From: Arcobacteraceae bacterium
Lineage (GTDB): Bacteria; Campylobacterota; Campylobacteria; Campylobacterales; Arcobacteraceae
DNA: 64,000 nucleotides
Assembly (NCBI GenBank): GCA_965224485.1
Contig: CBDCZH010000001.1
Span: 45,907-109,906, forward strand
Direction of reading: 5' to 3'
Part shown: positions 1 to 10,379 of the stretch, piece after piece
Numbering within the stretch: position 1 is the stretch's first letter
How the letters are laid out: each line of letters begins with the position of its first letter
The notes under the pieces: model-generated
Told to the model about the DNA's origin: nothing
What the model saw: the letters and a program-made list of their open reading frames with translations, nothing else
Databases searched by the model: none
Position numbers and translations under genes: made by a program

Positions 1-141
1 GTAGATTCCAATTCAAGTGGTAGTGGTTTAGGGCTTAGTATAGTTAAACAAATTGCACTTTTACATAAAGCTAGTGTAGAAGCTAGAAATAATAATGGTT
101 TAGAAATTTCAATTATTTTTACTAATTATACAAAAATATAA
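1..141 (+). CDS. C-terminal fragment of a sensor histidine kinase (HATPase_c G2 box); gene starts before the window
   Basis: Frame +1 reads VDSNSSGSGLGLSIVKQIALLHKASVEARNNNGLEISIIF...TAA; GxGLGLSIV is the kinase G2 box. Not in the ORF track. Confidence 0.8.
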   Translation, partial: VDSNSSGSGLGLSIVKQIALLHKASVEARNNNGLEISIIFTNYTKI

Positions 142-164
142 ATACTAAAAAGTTTAAAAGAAGA

Positions 165-194
165 ATAAACAAGTAGAAAACTCTACTTGTTTAT
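165..194. terminator. Hairpin between the convergent kinase and tctA genes, probably a bidirectional terminator
   Basis: ATAAACAAGTAGA-AAAC-TCTACTTGTTTAT, 13-bp perfect stem. Confidence 0.7.
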
Positions 195-198
195 ATAG

Positions 199-1692
199 TT
201 ATTTTGTTATAGCTTTTATTATCTTAGATCCAAATAGTGAGAATAATAATAGTGCTAGAATTACTAGTGCTATTGGACGTTCAAGTAAATAAGATATATT
301 TCCACCAGATATTTGTAAGGTTTGAACTAAAGAACTCTCAGCCATAGAACCTAATAACATTCCAATAACAGCTGCTGGAACTGAGAAGTTATATCTTCTA
401 AATACCCAACCAATTATTGCAAAAACTAGAACCGTAATTGGCCCAGACATATTACCAGTTAATCCAAAAGCTCCTGAAACTGCAAGAACTAAAACAGAAG
501 GTACTAAATATGTCATTTTTACTTTTATAATAGATGCCAAAACTGGAATTAATAATAAACCTAAAATTATAAGTAAAAATACTTGTCCGAAGTTTGCAAA
601 AATAATTGCATAAACAATATCCATCTCTTCTCTAATAAATTGAGGACCACCTGTAATATTATGCATAGCAAAAGCTGCTAACATAACAGCAGTTGCACCT
701 CCTCCTGGAATTCCAAGTGCTAAAAGTGTTGCCATTGAACCAGCTTCAGAGGTTGAATTAGCAGCTTCTGAGGCTACTACACCTTTTGGATTACCCTTAC
801 CAAAAGAATCAGGATCTTTATCTCTTCTTTTAGTTTCGATATAAGATAATAGATTTGATACAGAAGAACCAACTCCTGGAACTGCTCCTATTAAAACTCC
901 AATTAAACTTCCACGTATTAAAATAACAGGATAAGAAAAAGCTTGTCTAAAACCTTTTAGTATTTCAGATATTCTAACTTGTCTTTTACTTTCATCTTCA
1001 ACTAAAAACTCAGATTTAACAAGTTTAAAGAGCTCAGATGCTGCAAACATTCCCATCATTGCAGGAATTACAGGAATTCCATCTGCAAGAAGTTCTATAT
1101 CCATAGTTCCTCTCATAACTCCAGCCTCACTAAAACCAATAGTTCCAATTAAAAGACCAAAAAGACCAGCAATTAAACCTTTTACTACATGTTTACCAGT
1201 TAAAGAAGCGATTAGCGTTAAACCCCAAAAAATAACCATAAACATCTCAGCAGGTCCTAGTTTTAAAACAAATAAAGACATTGGTTTAATTAAAAAGAAT
1301 AATAAAACATATCCAATTAAAACACCAAAAGTAGATGATCCTAAAGCTAAACCTAAGGCTTCATTATGTCTTCCTTGTTTTGCCATAGGATAACCATCAA
1401 AAGCTGTAGCAATTGCGGAAGAAGTTCCTGGTATATTCATCAAAATTGCAGGCACTCCTGCTCCAAATCCACCACCTGTAAAAATAGCTGTTAAAAATAA
1501 CATTGCTTGTAAAAAATCCATATACAAAGTCATTGGTAAGAAAATAGCCATTGCCATAGATGTTTGTAAACCAGGTGTTGCTCCAAAAAATAAACCAATC
1601 ATAATTCCAGGAATTACAACTAACCAATATTGAGGTTCTGAAAAAAGTAAAGTAAGCGCATCTTGCGCTGCATTTATATCAATTATATTCAT
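199..1692 (-). CDS. tctA: Tripartite tricarboxylate transporter large permease
   Basis: 497 aa polytopic protein with ILMNIPGT..ATAFDGYPMAKQG and EAAN..LALGIPG motifs. Confidence 0.92.
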   Translation of the reverse strand: MNIIDINAAQDALTLLFSEPQYWLVVIPGIMIGLFFGATPGLQTSMAMAIFLPMTLYMDFLQAMLFLTAIFTGGGFGAGVPAILMNIPGTSSAIATAFDGYPMAKQGRHNEALGLALGSSTFGVLIGYVLLFFLIKPMSLFVLKLGPAEMFMVIFWGLTLIASLTGKHVVKGLIAGLFGLLIGTIGFSEAGVMRGTMDIELLADGIPVIPAMMGMFAASELFKLVKSEFLVEDESKRQVRISEILKGFRQAFSYPVILIRGSLIGVLIGAVPGVGSSVSNLLSYIETKRRDKDPDSFGKGNPKGVVASEAANSTSEAGSMATLLALGIPGGGATAVMLAAFAMHNITGGPQFIREEMDIVYAIIFANFGQVFLLIILGLLLIPVLASIIKVKMTYLVPSVLVLAVSGAFGLTGNMSGPITVLVFAIIGWVFRRYNFSVPAAVIGMLLGSMAESSLVQTLQISGGNISYLLERPIALVILALLLFSLFGSKIIKAITK

Positions 1693-1701
1693 TATATAGT
1701 C

Positions 1702-2154
1702 CTAATAATCAGTTGGAAAAATAAGCATAGGCATAGGGTATGGTAACATTAGTGAAAAAAAGTATGATATTAAAAATCCATATACTAAACTATATCCAAG
1801 TATCCAAGTCCATCTAGTTTCACCATGAAAGAATAAGAATAGTGCAATAAATATTACTGTTCCAATATCAAAACCTAAAATTTCTAAAGTAAAAACGTAA
1901 AGTGTAAATAAAATAATTACAGGTAAAACAGTTGTAATATCTTCTTTTTTATCTTTGTCATCTTCTATTTCATCTTTATGGGTAAAAAAATCATATAAAC
2001 ATAAGCATAAAGTTATTGCAGTTATTGGAAGAATCAGTATCATGTTTTCTAAACTACTTGAAGCTCTATGTGCATCAAGTGCATACCATATTACAAAAGA
2101 AGCTAAGCATAGGATTACTATGCTATTAGCCACTCTTTGTTTTGAAAAAGTCAT
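1702..2154 (-). CDS. tctB: Tripartite tricarboxylate transporter small membrane subunit
   Basis: 150 aa, about 4 TM helices, between tctC and tctA. Confidence 0.8.
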   Translation of the reverse strand: MTFSKQRVANSIVILCLASFVIWYALDAHRASSSLENMILILPITAITLCLCLYDFFTHKDEIEDDKDKKEDITTVLPVIILFTLYVFTLEILGFDIGTVIFIALFLFFHGETRWTWILGYSLVYGFLISYFFSLMLPYPMPMLIFPTDY

Positions 2155-2164
2155 TTATCTAACT

Positions 2165-3163
2165 CTATTTTTTTAATAAATAACTATATGATTTAAAAAT
2201 ATCAAATGATTTTAAAATTAACTCATTTGATTTTTCAGGACCAGTCCATGTATATCCAATATTACTTTTTTTAAGAAACTTTTGAACACCTTTTGTTGCA
2301 AGAGTTCTTTTTATTGCATCTTTTAAAGTATTAAATCTTTGGGGATATTTATTTTTAAACTTAGTAGATACTGCAAATCCTCTCATAGAACCTGGAAATA
2401 CTGGAAGTTCAAATCCTAAAGGTTTAATTGCTTCATTTAACGTAGGAGCATCCCATTGTTTCATTCTTTTATCTTTAACTATTGCTAAAGGACGAATAAA
2501 TTCTCTAATACTTTCACTTCCTTGAGCTGAAATTGCGATTAAATCAACTTGCCCACCAGCAACTGCTGTTCTAGCTTTTCCACCAGAACTATAAGTAACT
2601 AAGTTTAAGTTTTCTTGAGGAATATTATATTTTTCTAATAATAGTTTTAAAATTAAATGTCCACCACTTCCTTGAACAACTGCTGCTTTAACTGTTTTTG
2701 GTTTGTTTTTAATTTCATTTAAAAGTTCAACCATAGTTTTAAATTTTGTGTCTTTATTAACAGCTAATAATTCAAAGTCAAACCATTGAATATTTATAAA
2801 TGAGAAATCATTCATACTATATTTAGCTCCACCTGTTAAGATAGTATTTGCTAAGTATGGTGAGAATGTTGATGCAAAAACTGTATATCCATTTGCTGGT
2901 TTTTTAAGTACATAATTTGCTGCAATTTGAGTTCCTGCACCTTTTTTATTTACTATTTTAATTCTTTGTCCTATTTCATCTGAAAGAAAAGTTGACATTG
3001 TTCTTGTCATTCTATCAGCACTTCCTCCAATACCAAATCCAACTACAACATTTATAGTTTTACTTGGGTATGAGTCTGCTTGAATATTGCTTGTTAAAAG
3101 CCCTAAACCTATTATTGAAAGGCTTGCAATTTTTATTGCTGATTTCATCATTGTTTTATACAT
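2165..3163 (-). CDS. tctC: Tripartite tricarboxylate transporter substrate-binding protein (Bug/TctC)
   Basis: Signal peptide; YPSKTINVVVGFGIGGSADR..NKKGAG motif. Confidence 0.9.
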   Translation of the reverse strand: MYKTMMKSAIKIASLSIIGLGLLTSNIQADSYPSKTINVVVGFGIGGSADRMTRTMSTFLSDEIGQRIKIVNKKGAGTQIAANYVLKKPANGYTVFASTFSPYLANTILTGGAKYSMNDFSFINIQWFDFELLAVNKDTKFKTMVELLNEIKNKPKTVKAAVVQGSGGHLILKLLLEKYNIPQENLNLVTYSSGGKARTAVAGGQVDLIAISAQGSESIREFIRPLAIVKDKRMKQWDAPTLNEAIKPLGFELPVFPGSMRGFAVSTKFKNKYPQRFNTLKDAIKRTLATKGVQKFLKKSNIGYTWTGPEKSNELILKSFDIFKSYSYLLKK

Positions 3164-3330
3164 TCTATCTCCTTTAAATTTATAAATTCACTTTATCATA
3201 CAAATCTGTCGCCTAGCTTGCATATTAAATATATAAATAATTAAAGTCTTGATATTTTAAGGCTTAAAAAAAATAAAGTGGAATCTTGATAAAAATTAAT
3301 TTATAGAAGAGGGTTTTAAATAGTATCTTC

Positions 3331-3357
3331 GCACTATGTATCAGCTGATACAAGTGC
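3331..3357. promoter_or_regulatory. Palindrome upstream of tctC (candidate operator or terminator)
   Basis: Perfect 16-bp palindrome TGTATCAGCTGATACA (3337-3352), extended by GCACT/AGTGC. Confidence 0.4.
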
Positions 3358-3436
3358 TAAAATTGAAAGTTTTGTTTATATTCTATTTTTAGAAATACTT
3401 TATATAACTGTATAAAAGTGTAATTGATATATGAGT

Positions 3437-4720
3437 CTAATTCTCATATTTAACCCCTGTTGAATACTCTAATATTGCTATACTGCTCTTATATGAATAA
3501 TATGAATGTACTAAATCATTTTTAGAAGTAATAAAATCTAATTTTGCATTATTTAACTCTACAATATCATTTAATCCATTTTTATATCTCTCTTGGGCTA
3601 GATATAAATTCTGTTTTGCTAAGTTGATACTTAAACGTGATATTTCTACTATTTCAATGCTTTGTTTTAAATCATAATAAGCAGATGTTAGCTCTTCTAT
3701 TATGATTAACTCTTCTTGTTTTAACTTCTCTTTAGCACTTATAATTGAGCTAAAAGCTTGTTTGCTTTTAGCTTGTGTTTTAAAACCAGAGAAAAACTCC
3801 CATTTTAAAAATACTCCAATATTACCTTGTTCTGAATCTTGCGAACTTATATCATTAGAACTACTATTTGTATAAGAGGCTTGTGCATTAAGAGTGGGGT
3901 AAAAATTAGCCTTAGAAGCTCTATGCTTTTCTTTATTTTCTTCTACTAATAATTTGTATAAAACAAGTTCTACTCTTGTATTTAAAGCTTTATTTATTAG
4001 CTCATTTAAGTTCTTTTTATCTATTTTGATATTTTTTACTAAAGCTAACATATCTTCATTTTTAGGTTTTATACTTATTAGTTTTTTTTCTCCTAAAATA
4101 ACAATTAGTTTAGTTTGTGCTTTTTTAAAACTATAGTTTGCTTTTACTAAACTAAGTTTTGAGTTTGATAATTGAAGTTTTGCATTAGTAAGATCGATTT
4201 TTGTTTTAATACCTGCATCAAAATATGCTTGTACTTGTACTACTTGCAAGTTATCTATTTTAATAGACTCTTTTGCTACTTTTATTAAATGATATTTACT
4301 TAAAATATCAAAATATGCTTTTTTTACATTTAATACAGTTTTGGCCTTTGATATAATTAAATCACTTAGTGCTGCTTGATAACTCTTTTTTAAAGCACTT
4401 ATAATATTAGAAGTTTTCCCAAAATCATAAAGTAATTGATTTGCACTAAGTGTATAAGCTTTTGATGAACCATCAGCTCTTACACCTTGGCTTTTCGTAT
4501 TATGTCTACTTGTATTGGCACCTAAAGATAAACTTGGTAAATAAGATGCTTTTTTTTCTTTTATTACAGCTTTTTTACTTATAATAGTTGCTTTTTTTAT
4601 TAAAATATTACTATTATTACTTAATGCGATATCTATTAGTTTGTTTAATTCATTTGTATTATTTACATCACTTGCAAATAAAGAAATTGAAAAAAAACTT
4701 AGTGCAATTATTCTTCTCAT
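3437..4720 (-). CDS. TolC-family outer membrane efflux protein
   Basis: Signal peptide, two OEP repeats (KASYLPSL / KANFYPTL; AQERYKNGL), last gene of the RND operon. Confidence 0.9.
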   Translation of the reverse strand: MRRIIALSFFSISLFASDVNNTNELNKLIDIALSNNSNILIKKATIISKKAVIKEKKASYLPSLSLGANTSRHNTKSQGVRADGSSKAYTLSANQLLYDFGKTSNIISALKKSYQAALSDLIISKAKTVLNVKKAYFDILSKYHLIKVAKESIKIDNLQVVQVQAYFDAGIKTKIDLTNAKLQLSNSKLSLVKANYSFKKAQTKLIVILGEKKLISIKPKNEDMLALVKNIKIDKKNLNELINKALNTRVELVLYKLLVEENKEKHRASKANFYPTLNAQASYTNSSSNDISSQDSEQGNIGVFLKWEFFSGFKTQAKSKQAFSSIISAKEKLKQEELIIIEELTSAYYDLKQSIEIVEISRLSINLAKQNLYLAQERYKNGLNDIVELNNAKLDFITSKNDLVHSYYSYKSSIAILEYSTGVKYEN

Positions 4721-7700
4721 ACCTTATCCTTTGTATTTTTTCTCTCTCTTACTCTTTGTAAAACAACAAATAATAAAGGGGTAAAAAGAAGAGTTAAAAT
4801 TGTTGATATTACCATTCCACCAAAAACAGCGGTACCTAAAGAAGCTCTTGAAGCAGCTCCTGCCCCAGAAGCAAAAACAAGAGGTAAAATTCCTAAAAGA
4901 AAAGAGAATACTGTCATTAATATTGCTCTTAGTCTTAAAATTGATGCTTGAATTGCAGCTTCAATAATAGAATAACCTTCTTGCCTTAACTCTTTAGCAA
5001 ACTCTATTATTAAAATAGCACTTTTTGAAGACATTCCTATTAATAATACAAGACCAATTTGTGTATATATATTATTTAATAAACCAGCCAACATATTAGC
5101 ACTTAATGCACCAAACATTACAACTGGAATTGGAAGCATAATCATTAAAGGCATCATCCATGATTCATATTGAGCAGCTAAAAATAAAAATACCATTAAT
5201 AAAGATAAAATAAATATAAATAAAGCTGCATTTCCTGCCTCTTTTTCTTGCAAACTAAGACCAGAAAATTCATATGATACTGAAGAAGGCAGTGTAGCTT
5301 GGGCTATTTTTTCTATACTTTTAAGTGCATCTCCTGAGCTATAACCTTCTTTAATATTATGAACTCCATTTATAGCTATACTTTGATAAGAGTTAAAATG
5401 AGTAATAGTATTAGCTCCACTTGTTTGAGTAATACTAACAACAGTACTTAAAGGAATCATCTCATCTTTAGAATTTTTTACAAAATATTGGGAAATAGCA
5501 TTTTTGTTTGCTCTAAAGTTTTGATCTGCTTGTAAGAAAACTCTATAGTTTTTACCAAATTTCTCAAAATCATTTACATAAATTGAACCTAGATATGCTT
5601 GCAAAGTAGAGAAAACATCATTTAAATTTAAACCTAAAGAGTATACTTTATCTCTATTTACATCAAGAAAATATTGTGGATATGAAGAGTTAAATGAAGT
5701 ATAAGCCATCATAATTGTTTTATCTTTATTTAAATTTTTTATAAACTCTTTTGCATAAGATTCAAACTCTTTTAAAGGAAGGTTTTGTTTATTTTGGAGT
5801 TTTACTTCAAAACCTCCAACAGCAGATAATCCAGGAATAGAAGGCATATTAAAAACTCTTACACTAGCAGAGTTTATCTCTTTATTTGTCTTTTTAGTAA
5901 TTGCACTTATAATACCTTCAATAGATGTACTTTTGTCTTTTCTCTTATTCCAATCTTCTAAAACTATAAAAATAGTTGCAGTTGAAGAGTCAAGTGCTCC
6001 AGAAATAACAGAAAAACCACTTATACTTAAAACATCAGAAATACCTTTTGTATTTTGTATAATAGAAGTCACTTTTTTAGTTATTTCACTTGTGTTTTTT
6101 AAAGTAGTTCCTGCTTCTAAAGTAATTGAGGCAAGAAGTGTTCCTTGATCTTCATTTGGAATAAAACCAGTAGGAAGAATTTTAAATATACCATAAGTTA
6201 AAGCTAATAATATTGTGTAAATAATTATAGAAACATACCAAAACTTGATAAGCTTTCGCAATACTTTTTCATATACTATTTTAAAAGATTCAATACCTTC
6301 ATCAAATTTTTTAAAAAATATATTTTTATCTTTTTGTTTTTTTCTTCGTAAAATTGTAGCACATAAAGCAGGTGAGAGACTTAGAGCACAAAGTGATGAA
6401 ATTATAACAGCAAATGCTATAGTAGTTGCAAATTGCTGATATAGGGCTCCTGAAATTCCTGGTATAAAAGTAACAGGAACAAAAACAGCTAAAAGAACTA
6501 AAGTAGTTGAAATAATAGGTGCAAATACTTCTTTCATAGCTTTTATAGTGGCTTCCTTTAAACTTATATCTGGATTCTTCTCTAGGTTTGCTTCTACATT
6601 TTCAACAACAATAATAGCATCATCAACAACAATACCAATGGCTAAAATTAAACCAAATAAAGTAAGAGTATTAATAGAAAAATTTACAGCCATTAAAAGA
6701 GCAAATGTTCCTACAAGTGAAACAGGAATAGCAATGGCTGGAATAATAGTACTTCTAAATGATTGTAAAAATATATATACTACTAATAAAACTAAAAATA
6801 AAGCTTGAATTAAGGTTATAATAACCTCTTTTATTGATGCTTCAACAAACTTAGTTGTATCATATGTTGCTTCAATACTTAAACCTTTTGGAAATCTTTT
6901 CTCCAAATCTTTTAGTTTACTTTTAACTTTTTTTGCAACATCAAGTGCATTTGAACCAGGAAGTTGGTAAATTCCTAATAAAGCTGTTGCTTTATTATTT
7001 AAAGTAGCTGCCCAAGCATAAGATTCAGCTCCAAGCTCGATTCTTGCTACATTTTTTAATCTAATTTTACTTCCGTCTTTATTCTCTTTTACAATAATGT
7101 CTTCAAATTCTTTTACTGTACTTAATTTTGTATTTGACGTAAGAGTAAATTGAAACTTATTATTTGAAGTATTAGGACTCTGCCCAATTGTTCCAAGAGC
7201 AGCTTGTAAGTTTTGTGCTTTTATTGCTTGTGTAATTTGACTAATGCTTAGATTATAATTAGCTAGTTTATTAGGGTTTATCCATACTCTCATTGAGTAT
7301 TTTCTCTCACCTAAATTAGAAACATCACCAACTCCTTTAATTCTTTTTAGCTCTTCTACTATATTTAAACTTGCAAAGTTTGATAAAAATAGAGCATCAT
7401 GTAAATCATTAGTAGATTTAAGTGCTAAAATTTGAAGCATAGAGGTAGATTTTTTCTTAGTTATTACTCCTTTTTGTTTAACTGATTCAGGTAAAGTAGG
7501 AAGTGCTAAAGAGACTCTATTTTGAACATCAATAGCAGCCACATCTAAATCATAAGAAGATTCAAAATATAAATTAATATTAGACTTACCATCAGATGAT
7601 GAGGTAGAATCCATATAAATAAGACCCTGCATTCCATTTAACTGCTCTTCTAAGGGTTTAGTAAGCGAAGTCTCAACAACTTGTGCACTTCCACCTGTAT

Positions 7701-7848
7701 ACGTGGCACTTACAGAAATAGTAGGAGGAGTTATTTGTGGAAACTGAGCAACGGGAAGAGAATAGAGTGCAATAAAACCAACAATTATTATAAAAATAGA
7801 GATTACTTTTGCAAAAATTTGTCTATGTATAAAAAATATTGAAAACAT
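4717..7848 (-). CDS. RND efflux permease (HAE1, AcrB/CmeB-like)
   Basis: 1043 aa; LPVAQFPQITPP, GIVVDDAIIVVENV, RLRAILMT. Confidence 0.95.
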   Translation of the reverse strand: MFSIFFIHRQIFAKVISIFIIIVGFIALYSLPVAQFPQITPPTISVSATYTGGSAQVVETSLTKPLEEQLNGMQGLIYMDSTSSSDGKSNINLYFESSYDLDVAAIDVQNRVSLALPTLPESVKQKGVITKKKSTSMLQILALKSTNDLHDALFLSNFASLNIVEELKRIKGVGDVSNLGERKYSMRVWINPNKLANYNLSISQITQAIKAQNLQAALGTIGQSPNTSNNKFQFTLTSNTKLSTVKEFEDIIVKENKDGSKIRLKNVARIELGAESYAWAATLNNKATALLGIYQLPGSNALDVAKKVKSKLKDLEKRFPKGLSIEATYDTTKFVEASIKEVIITLIQALFLVLLVVYIFLQSFRSTIIPAIAIPVSLVGTFALLMAVNFSINTLTLFGLILAIGIVVDDAIIVVENVEANLEKNPDISLKEATIKAMKEVFAPIISTTLVLLAVFVPVTFIPGISGALYQQFATTIAFAVIISSLCALSLSPALCATILRRKKQKDKNIFFKKFDEGIESFKIVYEKVLRKLIKFWYVSIIIYTILLALTYGIFKILPTGFIPNEDQGTLLASITLEAGTTLKNTSEITKKVTSIIQNTKGISDVLSISGFSVISGALDSSTATIFIVLEDWNKRKDKSTSIEGIISAITKKTNKEINSASVRVFNMPSIPGLSAVGGFEVKLQNKQNLPLKEFESYAKEFIKNLNKDKTIMMAYTSFNSSYPQYFLDVNRDKVYSLGLNLNDVFSTLQAYLGSIYVNDFEKFGKNYRVFLQADQNFRANKNAISQYFVKNSKDEMIPLSTVVSITQTSGANTITHFNSYQSIAINGVHNIKEGYSSGDALKSIEKIAQATLPSSVSYEFSGLSLQEKEAGNAALFIFILSLLMVFLFLAAQYESWMMPLMIMLPIPVVMFGALSANMLAGLLNNIYTQIGLVLLIGMSSKSAILIIEFAKELRQEGYSIIEAAIQASILRLRAILMTVFSFLLGILPLVFASGAGAASRASLGTAVFGGMVISTILTLLFTPLLFVVLQRVRERKNTKDKV

Positions 7849-7856
7849 ATTATATC

Positions 7857-8990
7857 CTAGTCATTAAGAGGGTTTTTTACTTCATTTACTTTAACTTCTT
7901 GATCTTCTTTAAGTTTAGTGATACTACTTAAAATAACTCTATCTCCTTGTTTTAATCCACTTTTGATAATTGCAAGTGTTTTATTGCTATAACTTACTTT
8001 TATTTGTCTTGTTTGTATTTTATTTTTATCATTTACAAGTAAAACATATGAACCTAATTGATTTTGTGAAATATTATTAGGATGTAAGGCAAAAAACTCT
8101 ATTTTGTCACTAATAAAAAGTTTTATATTAACAAAAGTTCCAGGAAATAATAAATTTTCTTTATTTTCTATTTTTGCTCTCATTGCAACTGTTCCTGTTG
8201 ACTCATTACTTGTATTATCAATAAAATCAATATGTCCAGCTAAGCTTAAACTTTGATTTTTATCTCCAGCTTCTATTATGACTTTTTGATTTTTACTAGA
8301 GCTATATTTTTTTATCAAACTAACTTCATTTGCACTTGGATTAAAATTTACATATAGTATTTTTGCATTAATAATATTTGCTAAAGTAGTTTTTGAAGCA
8401 CTTATAATATTTCCAACATCAACTAAAGCTTTTCCAATTTGCCCATTTATACTTGCTTTTACACTTGTAAAGTCTAAGTCTATTTGCGCTTGTTTAATTG
8501 CTTCTTTGTCTGCTTTAACTATTGCTTCATTTTGTTTTTGTACCGCTTGTAGTTCTTCAAGTTTTTCTTTTGGAGCTAGGCCTTTATTTACAAGAGGCGT
8601 ATATCTTTTAACACTTGATATTGCTAGATTTAGACTTGCTTTATTTTTTGCTAAAGATGCTTGTTTTTGAGCAAGAACTGATTTTATTTCTCTATCATCA
8701 ATTTTAAATAAAATATCACCTTTTTTAACTTCATTTCCTGCTTTAAATAAAATCTCTTTTAATTCTCCACTTGCTCTTGCTAACAATTCTACTTTTTCAT
8801 AAGCTTGAGTTTTACCTGTAAAATCAATCCATAAGGGGTAGGCTTGTTTTTTTATTGAAATAGTATCAACTACTATGACTTGTACTTTTTCTTGGTTTTT
8901 TTCTTCTTTATTCTTATTATCACAAGAACTAAATGTTAGTAGTGCAAAAAGAATAAGGCTAAAAGTTATTGATATTTTCTTAAAATTCAA
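7857..8990 (-). CDS. RND periplasmic adaptor (MFP) lipoprotein
   Basis: Lipobox FSSC, VKKGDILFKID, coiled coil, LFPGTFV. Confidence 0.9.
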   Translation of the reverse strand: MNFKKISITFSLILFALLTFSSCDNKNKEEKNQEKVQVIVVDTISIKKQAYPLWIDFTGKTQAYEKVELLARASGELKEILFKAGNEVKKGDILFKIDDREIKSVLAQKQASLAKNKASLNLAISSVKRYTPLVNKGLAPKEKLEELQAVQKQNEAIVKADKEAIKQAQIDLDFTSVKASINGQIGKALVDVGNIISASKTTLANIINAKILYVNFNPSANEVSLIKKYSSSKNQKVIIEAGDKNQSLSLAGHIDFIDNTSNESTGTVAMRAKIENKENLLFPGTFVNIKLFISDKIEFFALHPNNISQNQLGSYVLLVNDKNKIQTRQIKVSYSNKTLAIIKSGLKQGDRVILSSITKLKEDQEVKVNEVKNPLND

Positions 8991-9108
8991 AGTTTGTCCT
9001 TTTTTATTAGTGCAAATATAATAGCTAAAATTATTACTCTAATAACTTAGATTTATCAGTAAGTTTTATTTAATTAGAATATTTTTTTACTTGATATTAG
9101 AGAAAAAA

Positions 9109-9117
9109 TGATATAAT
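9109..9117 (+). promoter_or_regulatory. Extended -10 promoter of the rpe operon
   Basis: TGATATAAT about 28 nt upstream of the rpe ATG. Confidence 0.6.
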
Positions 9118-9144
9118 CGCGATATTAAATTAAAAAGGTTTTAT

Positions 9145-9786
9145 ATGTTAGTAGCTCCTTCTATACTTTCTGCTGATTTTGGAAAGTTAAACGAAGATAT
9201 AATTGCAATTTGTGAGGCGGGATGTGACTTAATTCATGTTGATGTAATGGATGGGCATTTTGTTCCAAATATGACGATAGGGCCTGTTGTTGTAAATGCA
9301 GTTGCAAAAATAGCTTCTAAACCTTTAGATATACATCTTATGGTTGAAGATAATAACTTCTTTATTGATCTATTCTCACATTTAAAACCCCAGTATATAT
9401 CTTTTCATATAGAGAGCGAAAATCATCCCCATAGAGTTATTCAAAAACTAAGAGCTTTAGGAATTAAACCAGCTATTGTACTTAACCCTCATACTGCACC
9501 TTCTTCTATTGAGTATTTATTGCAAGACTTAGATATGGTACTTTTAATGAGTGTTAATCCAGGCTTTGGTGGTCAAAAGTTCATAGAAAATGTACTTGAG
9601 CGAGCTAGTAGCTTAAAAAAATTAATTCAAAAAAGAAACCCTTCTTGTTTAATACAAGTTGATGGTGGAGTTAATGATAAAAATATTGATGCTTTGAAAG
9701 AAGCTGGTGTTGATGTTGTTGTTGCTGGTTCTTATGTTTATGGTTCAAATGATTATAAAAAAGCTATAAAAAGTTTACAAGTTTAA
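9145..9786 (+). CDS. rpe: Ribulose-phosphate 3-epimerase
   Basis: APSILSADF, HVDVMDGHFVPN, MSVNPGFGGQ, VDGGV. Confidence 0.97.
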   Translation: MLVAPSILSADFGKLNEDIIAICEAGCDLIHVDVMDGHFVPNMTIGPVVVNAVAKIASKPLDIHLMVEDNNFFIDLFSHLKPQYISFHIESENHPHRVIQKLRALGIKPAIVLNPHTAPSSIEYLLQDLDMVLLMSVNPGFGGQKFIENVLERASSLKKLIQKRNPSCLIQVDGGVNDKNIDALKEAGVDVVVAGSYVYGSNDYKKAIKSLQV

Positions 9787-9788
9787 AC

Positions 9789-10379
9789 GTGAGAGTTAAA
9801 ATCTGTGGAATAACAAACTTAAAAGATGCTCTTGATGCAATAGATGCAGGAGCTGATGCTTTAGGTTTTGTATTTTATGAAAAAAGCCCTAGGTATATTG
9901 AGCCCCTTGAAGCTAAAAAAATAGCTGAAGCCTTACCTCCTTTTGTTCAAACAGCAGGACTTTTTGTAAATGAAAGTGCTATACAAATAAATAATATTTG
10001 TAAAATAGCTAAAATGAACTTAGCTCAGATTATTGATGATGAAAATACCTGTAAACTTGATACTTTAGAGTATAAGTATATTCTAGTTGCTAGAATCAAA
10101 TCAAAACAAGACTTAATTAAAGTACAAAATGAATTTATTTTAGTTGATGCTTTTGTTGAGGGTTTTGGTGGTCATGGTAAACAAATCAATAAGTCTTTTT
10201 TTGAAGGTATAAATACCTCAAAAATGATAATAGCAGGTGGTTTAAGTGCTTTAAATCTAAAAGATTTAAAAGAGTTTGATTTCTACGGTTTTGATGTAAG
10301 TTCAGGTGTTGAAAAATCAAAGGGTAAAAAAGATAAAAATAAAATGATAGATTTTATAAAAGCAGCAAATGAAACTTAA
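9789..10379 (+). CDS. trpF: Phosphoribosylanthranilate isomerase
   Basis: VKICGIT, GFVFYEKSPR, AGGL, DVSSGVE. Confidence 0.95.
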   Translation: MRVKICGITNLKDALDAIDAGADALGFVFYEKSPRYIEPLEAKKIAEALPPFVQTAGLFVNESAIQINNICKIAKMNLAQIIDDENTCKLDTLEYKYILVARIKSKQDLIKVQNEFILVDAFVEGFGGHGKQINKSFFEGINTSKMIIAGGLSALNLKDLKEFDFYGFDVSSGVEKSKGKKDKNKMIDFIKAANET

